This document shows positions 1 through 12,100 of a stretch of DNA of 64,000 nt, piece after piece. This DNA comes from Phoronis australis (lineage: Eukaryota; Animalia; Phoronida): assembly GCA_002633005.1 (NCBI GenBank), contig NMRA01000311.1, positions 390,114 through 454,113 on the forward strand. Direction: 5' to 3'. A model generated the notes under the pieces. The model ran no database searches and was not told the origin of the DNA. It was given only the letters and a program-made list of their open reading frames with translations. The position numbers and the translations under genes were made by a program. Position 1 is the stretch's first letter. Each line of letters opens with the position of its first letter.

Positions 1-131
1 TATCTCCAATAATTGGAACAGACACCAGCCCAAACCTCTACCTGCTCTTCCTCAATGTGTTACGCCTTGAACTCATGTCTCTGTTTTCACATTGGAAGTA
101 AAAACAACGTAAATTCATCAAATTTACTCAC

Positions 132-235
132 CTTGCCTGGCTTCGCTTCTCGCAACAGGTTTCGTTCTCGATCGCTTTCCGGTCGTTCTCGTTCGCGGGT
201 TGGCCTGGGGGGGGGGGGGGGGGAATTTGGCTCAT
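132..235 (-). CDS. Possible first coding exon of a minus-strand gene leaving the window
   Basis: AAAATG start, open frame MSQIPPPPPPGQPANENDRKAIENETCCEKRSQA, strong AG|GTGAGT donor at 132/131. No homology recognised, and the frame depends on the length of a 17-G homopolymer. Confidence 0.3.
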
Positions 236-1588
236 TTTCTAAACTGAGCCACAGACACGTGCATCACTGAGTTCCTGTCGGGTGCATTACTGGTGGGAAA
301 TATTTACCGTGTTTGGAAACAAAATGCAAGTGATATTTTATAAAATATTTTGTAATCAAGGTTTCGCGTCAAAATATTTGTACTAAACATTCAAAACTGG
401 TAACCTGAAGTTAACGAACACAGAATGAATCGGCAACCCAGTTTCCACCTCGCAAATTAACTGGTGTTGAGAGGAAAGTCGTGTAGAGAAAGTCTTTGTT
501 TAACAGGAATCGTTTTGCGCTCTACTTCGACAAATTGTTTTACGATATCGTCAACGTCCACGTTTCTAAGACACTGCTCTTTTATACACAGCGCGTGCAG
601 TCTGTCTTGCGTCTTGGCTGTTCTGGTGCCTGTTCTTGCAGTCAGTGCCAGTTTGTTGAATGTCCATTGTACTACAGCTGGTTACCATTAAACACAGCTA
701 TATTCCTAGTGATATCATGGGCGGCGCAGCACTGAAAAAGGTGGGGGGCTAACCTGAAAGCCCCCTCAGCTTCCCTGTGGTGCACCGCCTACTGACCGTG
801 TGCGGCGTAGCACTGACTATAGGACATTAAAATCCAAAGCGAGGCTCACTACGATAAACAAAGCTGAAGTTGACATTGCGTGAGTTAAATGGCTGGTCTT
901 TCGAGTCCAACCTGGATATTAAATCTTAAAAAATGTGTCGATAATTAACCTCAGAGACGTAGAAAAATACATTAGAGAACAAGTCAATGCATCAAAAAGT
1001 TGTCTGACGAAAGGGTATAAGTTTTTTTGGAAAACTAGGTTCGAAACATGAAAAGTAGATATGACCAAACTACGGCGATCGTAGTGTTACGGATTAGGTA
1101 TTATGCTGAATGTAGGGTTACATTTCTTCTAGTAAATTGTTGATAAAAATGCTTTCGACAAGTCATCTGCTTGTATTGTTGACGAGTTGAAGATATATTC
1201 GACAGTGGTGGCTCATCGCATTTTGCAGTCATGTGCAATTAGTTACATCAGGTTTAATTTGTTGATCAAGAATATTAACATCAAGCATAGCCTAGGTCCT
1301 GGTGAGGTAGAGACTACCGAGACTAACAGTTGATTTTTCATTCATCTGAAAGAATATCTGATGTTATCAAATATATATGTATAAAAAACCAGGCTCGTAA
1401 ATAAAGATTTGACCATTTTTTAAATCAAAAACGAACACAGCCCGAGCAATTATAGCTTTCGCATTCGCGTTCTTATTCACTCCCTTGCACACATTTACAA
1501 GTAATTATTTGACCATCAATTCTGCTATCCTGGTTTTGATAATTCTGACGTCTATTTCATATGTTAGGTTTCAACTATCAATCTGGAC

Positions 1589-1727
1589 CAGTGAATTTTA
1601 AAATTAAAACACCAAATTCGTTCGTCCAAAGCATAACCTCGTTAGTCCAGTTAACTGAAATTGAGCTCTAAAACAAGGTTATGCTTTGGACGGAACGAAT
1701 TTGGTGTTTTAATTTTAAAATTCACTG
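1589..1727. mobile_element. Palindromic MITE/hairpin, about 50-bp near-perfect arms
   Basis: CAGTGAATTTTAAAATTAAAACACCAAATTCGTTCGTCCAAAGCATAACCT ... AGGTTATGCTTTGGACGGAACGAATTTGGTGTTTTAATTTTAAAATTCACTG. Confidence 0.75.
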
Positions 1728-1934
1728 AGTAAGAAAAATTATCCTGTTTCTTCAGGGGCCTTGTTCATCCGAGGGGAAAGGTGCCTGTGCCAATTGTTTT
1801 CGCCGAGTAAGGGGCAAAACTTGATCTATCTCCCGATCAGCACCCCCCGTCCTGTTGCAAGCTCTCACAGACTCTGTGAGTAACATTTGGTGCTCTTTGA
1901 AATTGTCGCCTGTGTGGTTACATGTGATTTGAAC

Positions 1935-2078
1935 TTCGGAGAGAAGTTTTCAATCACTAGGGGAGTTTTAAGGCCTCGTGGCCGGGAGGGTCGGAATTTC
2001 CGGGGATTTTTCAATATTTTTGAGAGGGGAATAGGGCCAATATCCGGTCCCAAAATCGAGGAATTGAGGGCCCTGTCC
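1935..2078. repeat. Dispersed repeat, inverted copy at about 47093-47208
   Basis: ...CCCAAAATCGAGGAATTGAGGGCCCTGTC is the reverse complement of GACAGGGCCCTCAATTCCTCGATATTGGG at 47093. Similarity extends about 120 nt. Confidence 0.65.
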
Positions 2079-2547
2079 TTTTTGGGAAGGAAAATGCATC
2101 ATGTTGTAACCCCTAGTCATGAACACAGCATGACTGGCCGAAGATTCTCCGGTCGTTGCTATGATGCTCGGTAACCGAGGTGCGACAAAGTATGATCCAA
2201 CTTTTCGAAAACATTTATAAATTTTACACGGCCACATTTTCCTTCGTCGCGGCGTATGGCAAGGACCGAACGTACGCTTCCGCATCTCGACGTCTTTATG
2301 GATTGTAAAACAGAGAGTTGAGTGTCCGTATTTTTTCTAGCCGTTTTGAGCATCGCGGAATACAACTAGCAGTATGCCAATAAGCCAACGGAGCTATCGC
2401 AGCGCGCCTCGTTTTGGAACGCGCCTCCTGTCGGGGTGAATAGGGTCTATGGATACAGTATGTACATGTATATATGCACTTGGTAATGTGTCTGCAAGAT
2501 ATTCATTGTGGAATAACGAAGTTTGCATAAATGACGAAAAACAAGAT

Positions 2548-2712
2548 CTGGGTAGAGTTCAATCGAATAACGCTACGACCTCGCAAGGATCTCGTTTGAA
2601 AAGCAAGACTTCGCGAGATGACTAAGAGATAATGCCGTGCACGTGTATTTTAAATGAGAACACGTAATTTTGGCTAGATTTAGCCGCGAGACAGCTATTG
2701 AACTCTACCCTG
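2548..2712. mobile_element. Short MITE with about 14-16-bp TIRs
   Basis: CTGGGTAGAGTTCAAT ... ATTGAACTCTACCCTG. Confidence 0.5.
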
Positions 2713-4199
2713 CTGTAATGCGACACACTGCACTATTTCTCCTACTATTACTGGAGTGAATCACAGTGGCATCGAGAATATTTACTGGTGCCAAAAAGGT
2801 TTGAGTGAAGCTCTTGCATACTCAAAACCACCCATTAATCACATTTGGTAGCTGCCTCTACTGGGTTGTACTCTCCCCCAAACAGCAAAGTCACATGCCT
2901 ACGGCGAGAGGTGCGAAATTGACGACGACCATGGAGGGGGGGGGGTCAATAGGCGGTAACAGAGAAAGGATGACTTTAAGACCAAAGGGGCACAAGTTTG
3001 GCAAGACGCAAGATTATCGCGAAGGAAGCCGATGTAATCCCGTCGTTCGCTTGTAATACCCGGTAATATCTCGCGAATCTTACCTTTCCGCGAGGTTCTT
3101 GTGTCTGCGGATAGTAAGCCCGGCACGTGTTGACTATGGAGTGAAACTTTGTAGTGGCGGAAGAGAAACTGGAGTCAACCGGGGACAGAAGGGAGGGAGG
3201 GTGGAGGGTTGCTAAAGCAAAACTGGTCTACGCCCATGTGAAATAAATTATTTTGACACCATAGTTTGATTGCCGATGACTTTTATAACCTGTTTTCTGA
3301 TTGGTATAATTTATTTCACGGAAGGGAAATATTGGAGACATCTTTTTACTGTTGAGTGACATAGTTCATAATTCAGCTTTAAGTTACTGATTAAAAAAGA
3401 CATACCGCTTTAAATCGATGTCACTCATTGATTTTCTTATGAACTCGTTGCCTGTCCTGTCGTTTGATTCACTCAAATCGACTGCTGTATTTACTTATTG
3501 ATAATCAATGGTAACTATGCGGTTGATTCGTAATTGGGTTCTTCAAATCAATAGCAACCTTGACACCTATCAACTCTGATCGGTCGATTTCAATATAATG
3601 TCGTTTTACTTGACACGTTAGAATACGATCAAAACGCATTTTCTAGTCAGTGGACATCATCGGTAGAATGGATTTTATTTATATGAGGTTTTGGCAAAAT
3701 TACGAACTCAGTGAACGTGTTTGCTTGTTCATGAAAATAGGAATCGCCGTGTTTTCGTTGGGAACAACGACACTATCAAAACTATGATTATATATCTAAT
3801 CACTAGCAGACCCAATTGCATGCATCATGTCTGTATCTCTCCGAATCGTTTCTCGTTTCCCTTCCAATGAATCAGCGAGACAAGAAGGCTCACTATGAAC
3901 GTTTCTCAAAACTACTTGAAATGCCTGCTTAAAATGTCCCCTTTCTTATTTTCATATGGATAAGTCCTCTTATACGTGAGACTGTTACACGAGAGTTGAA
4001 GATGGAGTTTTATACATGTAAAGAACAATTTTTTACTTTTTTCATTTTAAAGCGCAAAATGAGTTCCATTAATTCCGTGAACATAGGTTTGGGCTTTACC
4101 TAAAAATATTTTTTTGGGAGAAGTGTAATTCAACTTCTCTGGCCACTTTTGATACACCATCAGAAATTCAAAAAATAAACTATAAAAAACATTATAAGA

Positions 4200-4349
4200 G
4201 CATCATCTTCGGACTGAAAGTATCGTCAAGTCAGTAATCAAATTATCGTCTGGTTCTCAAAGTGATCATCTAGTCCTCAAAGTATCGTATAGTCCCCAAC
4301 GTATCGCCTTGTCCTCAAAGTATCTTTTAGTCCCCAATGTATCGTCTAG
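4200..4349. repeat. Degenerate tandem repeat, about 20-bp unit
   Basis: About 6-7 copies of a CAAAGTATCGTCTAGTCCT-like unit. Confidence 0.65.
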
Positions 4350-5198
4350 GGAACATGTTTTTTACAGCATATCAGTCCATAAAAGAGAAAATTTTTGGGA
4401 TTCAAAACTGTCGCTTCGCAAATCCAATTATAATTTCCAATAAATGCCTCTGTGATGATTGTTGAACTAATCAATTTCTGTTGCCACTAAATCAATTCTT
4501 CGCTGGTCACGTGATGCCAGTACAGTTTAAAGGCAGGTGACACCCTTCGTTGGCCGATTGTAACGCAGAGTATTGGTAAGTACTTTGTTAGCGTGGTTGC
4601 GTACTTGATCACAGAAATATTCTTTTAGATACATTAAACCAAAAAACAAGGCTTTTTGAACATTTCCTCAAAACAAATTGGCTTTCATAAAGGTATAGGA
4701 TAACAACATTATTCCGCGTATACGCAGAATAACGTCTCGCGGTATATTACTTCACTCTACGCCACATTCGGTACGTTTTGTGTATGTAGTTAAAGCTCGT
4801 ATTTTTTATTTTGCAGGTATACGGATTTTTGTCGATTTTTAATGAAATTTGATGTACTGGAGGAGTAATAAAAGAAATGACTCATTGTGTTGTTCTTGGG
4901 CGACAAAAGGAGGCGTGTTGAGAATGGAATGGTGTGTGCGTGCGTGCGCGCGTGAGAGTGCAAGCTCGATGGGTACGAGCGATTCTTGTGCGAGTTGTAT
5001 GAGGTCTATCTATCCTATACTCTTTGCCTGTCTCTTTGCGAGTCCAGACGACCCCCAGATGTGAATAGAAGGTAATCATAAATATGGATTGACTCAGGTA
5101 AGAATTTTGTATTTTACCGATTCTCTAGATTTTATTTGTTACATACTAGAACACAAAATAATTGAGCTGGTGAATTTATTCAAATCTTTGTTTTTTAG

Positions 5199-5225
5199 CC
5201 ACGCAAGTACCACCGGACCCGAAGT
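5199..5225 (+). CDS. Candidate 27-nt phase-1/phase-1 microexon upstream of the first clear aGPCR exon
   Basis: Pyrimidine tract TCTTTGTTTTTTAG, 27 nt, then GTGAGT donor. In phase 1 it reads xTQVPPDPK and joins in frame to the exon at 6191 (SYLVTSELYYPL). Confidence 0.4.
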
Positions 5226-6190
5226 GTGAGTAACTTTTGTTATGTGTTAAACGACGTAAGACAAAACCACGTTATACCATACGCTATATGCGCGTATTTA
5301 GGTCCGTGCTACACTTATGCCCGGTATTAAGCGCATGCGCCTATATGGGAAAACCTTGTGCTTTACAGAAAGGTATACGTTAACGTGTGAGCAATGACAA
5401 TTAAAACGACTACAAACACGCCTTCGATCACAAAGTCGATTTTGCTTTAGATCACTAACGGTGATGAATTGCTTCAAAGTGTTCCTTAGTCAAACTAGAA
5501 GGGAAATGGTTTCGAAAGGAGCTACTGTTCCATATTGTTTGAAATAAGGCTTTACACGTTAGCTAATGTCGCGGCCTGTCCTTTTATGCGTCGAACACGG
5601 TCTCAATGAATGATGAACTTCCACTTCTTTGCAAAGACCAAAATCACTTATCATCTTATTTTAAACGAGTCGAAACCAGTTTTAAGTCACCAGAGGTCCA
5701 ACACAGGCTTATCCAAGCCGCTTTAATAAAGAAATACATGTATTAGGAACGGACAAAAGCACACGAGCAAAACCTTGTTAAGAACATCCAAAGGCTATGT
5801 ATGGGTGAGTCGTCTACGAAGGTTACAGCTGTGTATGTGCCAATAAACGAAACACTAGTATTATTTCGAAAACTCTCATTCTATTAGACAAAGGTGCACA
5901 GACCTAAGTACGCGTATATGATTTTCATCAACTTCTGTCTTAAATTTATGTCTAGTGTTATTTGCATAGACGGAATTAACGTTTTTTAAAAGTCTAGCGT
6001 CATGAAATCTTACTCCTATTTAGAGTGACATATAAACATACATCAGATAAATAATAATAAAAATATAACCGACTAAATGGATAAATTTGTCACCTTCAGT
6101 TCAGAGTGCACGTACGGTAAAATTCATTTCCTTCATTGATTTCTCTGAAAATTTCCGGCGATGTCAACCCCTACCATTTTTCCTCAATAG

Positions 6191-9100
6191 CCTACCTAGT
6201 GACAAGCGAGCTCTACTACCCCCTGGACTACCTCTACAACAATGCGACGATCATCCGCCTCAACAGGGGATTCTCCGAGGGCCGCTTCGACCTTGTTGCC
6301 GACGGTCCTGTCGACTATCAAAACAACAGTGTGGAAGAAACCTCCGTAAAGCTTGACCGAACGAAGAAACAGTGTCTCACGGTAAGGCTTTAGAGCTACT
6401 TCCATTGTACCAGGCTCCTTCACAGCGCCCCCAAGTGACCAGAGAGACTGAACCAAGAAGTTGTAGATGGCGTATCAAATCCCTCACCGAAGAAACAGTG
6501 TCGTACGGAAAGGCTTCAGAACAATATCAGCTTACAGAGAATGCGACGAAATAATGGGAATGTAATTTTTCAGTCGCTGTAGATTGACCGCGTTTACACG
6601 GACCATCGAGCTTTATGTTCATTTTTATCAATTGTAACTAATTGATGGCGATGGTGACCGAATTAATTGGTAAAAATCATGCAATGTAGACAATCGACAT
6701 GTGATTTGCACAACTACAAATATCGTAATAGTTTTCATTCACTATAAGTTTTCAACAAATGACGATCGCCATTGATGGTATACGAAATTGAACTTGATGT
6801 TCCACAACATGTCTTTTCTTTAATACCCTGCGAAATCTGTTTATATCAAGTGTTCTCACATTCATGACAAAATGTTCGCGAAACAGCGCTGCTTATATAA
6901 CCACACGATTGTGTAATGAATCTACGCTCGTTTTCAGATTCCCGGATTGAATACCGGAAAACACAACTGTTTTGTGAACCCCAACAACTGCAGCAATGGC
7001 TTTTCGTTCGGACTGTGGGTCTACCTCGAAGCAAATGAGATCAACCGCGGAGACATTACCTATTTGGCCGCAACTGGTGAGAGAATGTTTATGTTTACCG
7101 AATGATATCAATAGTGATGCAGAATTCTTTATACAACATACTCTCTCCTTTTTGTCTTTGGAATTATTTAATAGATACAGTTCATATGTAGATCTTTGAT
7201 GACGCAAGCACTGAATACGCAAACAGTGTCCACAGTGACAGTGATTGAAAACGTGGACATCAAACCATATATGTAGAAACTATTCAATCTCAGTGATCGA
7301 GAATTTATTATAACGTTTAGTTGGAATACATTTTGACAATGCTGCGAAAATTATTTTCTAGTTTAATAACGGAAATCACTTTATGCCACTAAACACAAAC
7401 ATCAAAAACCCGCTACAATGATCCATTGATTATTAAAATAGTTAGGTGGTACATGACATGTCACTTTGCCCATAAAAGTTCTCAGTGAAGTATCTAGAAA
7501 GCGGCAAAAACGAAGATGAATCATGTCACTGGTTACCCTTTCCAAGCACGTTCTTCGCCAAAGTTGACAGTTAGCAGCTGACCCCAACTTATTTCATTGA
7601 GATGCTAAAAGGGTCTTGGACGCTCTATTAGCGAGATTGGTGTGAGACAGCCTTTAACGCTGACATACACAACTAATTGGCAGGTCCCGGTGCAGTGGGT
7701 TGGTTCTTGTACCGTGACGGCACTCTAAAGACGCTGAACGCCGAGGTTAACGACGGTGTGAATGTATGGAGAGTGAGAATGAAACTGTCAAAGTTCAATA
7801 CAAGTCAATGGCAAAACCTTGCTCTGAGATGGAATAAGAAGGACGGTCTGCAGGTGCGTAGGAATAGTACTAGACTAAATAGACATCTGATAGCACTTGT
7901 TACCTGTCCTTTTATATTTTTATATTACCTTTTAAAGGTTAAACTCTCTTAGCCATCTCTTGATATTTCCAGGCTCTTACCTCCAAGTACCGTACATGTT
8001 CACAGTATTTCCTAGCTAAAACTATCAAATTACGTTACACTGAATTCAATTTTGTAAACTACATAACTGGATTTTTATACCTTATTAGTCACATTTTGTT
8101 ACTAAAATATGAATGTCTTGGCAATTTCCTTGATTAAAAAGTGCAATGCGTAAAGATTCGGAGAACCAAATTCAAACAGGTTGTGACCTGAGGCAACCGT
8201 TTCAGGCGAATTTGATGAGCTTAGACATATGTAACACCAACTCTTTCTGTGAATAATATTGCAAAAATTTAGTGCAGTTTAAAGTGCAGTTTAAACTGCC
8301 GTCTTCTGTCAGACAAGCAGCGCAATATCGCTTACATTATCTATATGTTGAAGTGTTACACGTATATCTCAGCAACCGAAAAACGACTAAAATGTAAAAG
8401 CCTTTTGATTCTTCGCAGATTTTCCTTCAAGGCAGAATTGCGGATGGAGTCGGACAAGCCCATACAAACGAGGGTGGGAAAAAGATCGAGGCAAACCGCA
8501 TAACGATGGGATGTTTATTTGACGGTGTGAATGTAGTGAACAAAGATTATGGTAGCTTTGGGTTGGACGAAGTGGCCTTCTGGGACCGTTACCTTAGTGA
8601 CGAAGAGCTAGGCTACTTCCCGGGCGCTGTTAGTGAGTACATGAAATCCCAGGTTTATTCTATTTTAAACATTTGTATGACTCCAACAATAGCAATGCAT
8701 GAATATACAAAGCCTACAAAGGGTCAAACGCCTTTCAGTATGTCGTCCTGGAAAGCCTCAAATGTAAGACTGGATATTTTCTTTTGCAGTAACCAAAAAA
8801 AAATCGAGTACAAACCTCAAACTTATGGTCACTAGAAAGCCAAATATAAATATTAGAATCGCTTCAAGTTGTTAAAATACTGTAGACTTTTAATTCTCTT
8901 AACATAATTTTGAATAGACCTTTAATCTTAGTCAGTAAATATTTCCAGTGGCGGATCTAGGATATCACAAGGATACCAAAATTNGGTTCCTACAAGAAGC
9001 AGATTCTCTAGTTCTCCTAAATCCATAATATGTGTTTGTATTTGTTGCATTTTCTTAAAGAACATACAGTGTATGGCCCACTCTCGTCTTCCTTGTAAAA

Positions 9101-12100
9101 TGGTCGTATCACCGGCCACAACTCAATATTCACACGAGACATGACACTTTACTTCCAGTCGAAGTTGATAAACCAATCAACAAATACGATGACAGCGAAA
9201 TCAAACCAGTTGAGCCGCCAGTCGAGCCGGACCCTAACCCTGTTTATAAAAACTCGGATAACTACAAAGACCTCACAACTGCTGTCACTACCGTGTCTGG
9301 GAACGTCACGTCTGTGACTGGTCGAGGTAAACCAGGCCAAGCCAAGCCAAGTTTGCAACTGAATGACAAAGGAACGAAAGCAAAAGTAAGCTTTTTGTTA
9401 TGTTAACAAAATAACTTATTTACATGCATTATAATTGGGACATAGGTCACTAATGACCCCTTGCCACCGTAAATCAAGCGGTTAACTATTGTGAAACGGG
9501 GACAAGGGGACCATTGCGAACGAAGTTTTGCCCGGTTCATAGTTAGGTCCTATTTGACATGAAAACGGCTAATTTTCTGAAAGCGTGTTACTTTCTTACC
9601 CATTACCCTATCATAAAAATCGTGAATGAGCTGATTACATCCTAACATACTATGTCGGGGGTGTAGTTTCAGTATTCAAAACTCAACTCGAAAACTGACC
9701 AATTGCATACATGTCACGACTTGAGGAAACTCAGAAATTTGTTCTCGAATCATACAGCGTGAATGGTTGACTTTTGAGTCTGATTGTGGCTCGAGTCTGA
9801 GTTTGGATATTAGATTCAATACAATAATCTTTGAAAATTCCTCGAAGGGAGCTACTGTATGCGTGCAATTAGTCAATTTTTGACACCAGCTCGCGACCCG
9901 GGATTTAATCTTCAAAATTCAGACTCTATTCATACTTCCTTTCCAGTAAACTTCGAAGTTAATTGCACTGAATCTAATCTCCAAATTCAGACTCTACTCA
10001 ACCACGCAGCAAAATTTCCAATTGACAAGAAGTATGACATGGAATTAGTCGATTCTCCTGCCGAGTTCAGAGTACAGAAATTAGGCCCTGTACCTTTACT
10101 CTGGTTTCAAAATTGTCCATACTATGACAGCAATAGACTTATTCCATAAAAGCATTGGGAGACCACCAGAGATATTTTTTTCAACGTTCGGAAATTCTTC
10201 CTTATTCGCTAATGTCCCGGATGACCTCCTTTCATTGAATGGGAGGGTTGGAAAATCTACCGTGACGTTGAGTGTCCGGGTCTTTATAATTTGTGTTTTA
10301 ACAATTGAGTTTTAAGGAAACGTTTCTTTAAGTTAAAAATGACAAATACTTTTTAACAGTTTGCCGACGATAAAGAAGGTTTGGAGAAGTGCAAGGAAGG
10401 TATATCTCGCGCTCTCTGGCTGAAGATTCCCGCCAATGTCCCGGCTAGCCCGGGCACTATGGGCGGAACGGGCTCAAAACTAATCTTGGAGTCAGCAGAC
10501 GCGTCCACAAGCGATGTGTCGTATCAACTGCTGTTAACGGCTGATGAGGCTATTATGGTGAAAGGTGAGATCAACAAGCGTAATCATTACTTCCATCTCG
10601 TCCCCCCACCACCACCGCTACCGTCATCACCAACACATTGTAAGCACTGCTGCCATTGTCCACATCAACATCATCATCAACAACATCACCATCACCGTTA
10701 TTGCCTCGGTCGTTGATGTAACCATAGTAACTCCGCCACCTTCAACAATGTGGGTTCCAAAAGAATATCCTTATCATCGCCAACAACAGCGTCGTCATCA
10801 ACAACAATGCATTCCTCATGATAGTTAATCATAAGTAATCATTGGTGGTGCAATAACTAGTAGTTTTCTTGAACAATGTAATACCGCCACCCGTCTAAGT
10901 TTTCAATGATTACAATAAGTATTGACAATGAGATTCATCACGTATAACACCAATCCCTTAACCAGAGTCATTCACCGACTTCCAATTTTAAATTTTCTCT
11001 GCGGAAATGTCTTTACCATAAACACCTTTCCTGTCTGCAACTACATTCATTTTCAGTAAAATACTACAAACAGAATAAGACAGAAGGCGGTTCCATTGAG
11101 TCCACGCACGTGATGGAGTCCTTCAAGATGGTAGACCTTCGCTTCCGACGAAATGGATGGAATAACGTGGGCTTCTCTGTCCACTGTTTCTTGGGCTTAG
11201 TCGTTTTCATAAACGGCGACACGGCGAAGGGAGAGCAGACTGTAGATTTGGTTGCTGTGGTTACTGGCAGGAAGAAGCGCGCCACGGTAATACTGTTTCC
11301 TTTATTAAAACGGCTATAAACCCGCCGTCCATTACAAAAAACAACTTCTGATTTAGACACAAACCGTTATGAAACCGGTCTCGAAAAAACGGACTGTTCA
11401 GTATTTCTTGAGCCCAAACTCTGCAAATAAGATTTTCATGGCATGTCAGTTATACGCCGAGGATGGTCTCAAGGAATAACGAGCTCATAAAGTTCATTGA
11501 AACTACTTTTCACCTGAATAAGGATCAAGTTTTGACCAACTTTATAGCACTACGTTCTCTGAATCAAAAGTTCACTTCTTGGACGGAAGCGACTTTTATA
11601 ACCGATTTACTAATAGGTTTATCATACGTTCGCAAATAGTCTTTCATTACATTCTCACTATGAGCGCATACTTTCGGAGTTTGAAACAGCTTAAAATGCA
11701 CATGACTGCCTCTTGTTCTCTGAAGTTTTGACTTCAAGGTTTGGAAAGCTTCGCCGCTACCAGGAGCGTAGCGTCTCCATGCACATGCGTTGGCCACGTC
11801 TTTTCCTAATGACTGGGGTGCAAGTTTTCACTGAATGTGTTTCACAAAACTAACTGCCAAGTCTTAGACCTTTTGAGCATAAAGACAGACACTGATGTAA
11901 TGAAATCAGCCTGTTGCAGGCTCATAGAACTAAAGTCTTCGTCCTCAAAGCTTTGTTAAACGTAATAAGTTATACGCCAGAAGAAATTTGCATTGCCTGA
12001 ATGTCCGTGCTTAGTCACAAGATGAATTTTCCCAACTAGTCACAAGTGACTGATAGCAACAACATGTGTCTCAAGCCATATGTTGCACTATAGGGAGGAG

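Larger units (their letters stand above)
818..2450. mobile_element. Non-autonomous DNA transposon, long copy (left TIR missing) with nested inserts
   Basis: The first ~200 nt (GACATTAAAATCCAAAGCGAGGCTCAC...GACGAAAGGG) and the right end (...GGAACGCGCCTCCTGTCGGGGTGAATAGGGTCTAT) match the two halves of the element at 42953-43300. Confidence 0.7.

Noticed and set aside
464-691. Hydrophobic stretch VLAVLVPVLAVSASLL as the missing aGPCR signal peptide
   Set aside because: No in-frame ATG (TAA directly upstream) and only a weak GTTACC donor; cannot be supported.
10565-10828. His/Gln-rich or Ile/Thr-rich ORF extensions
   Set aside because: Read-through of exon 6 into an intronic trinucleotide low-complexity tract; the real donor is at 10564/10565.
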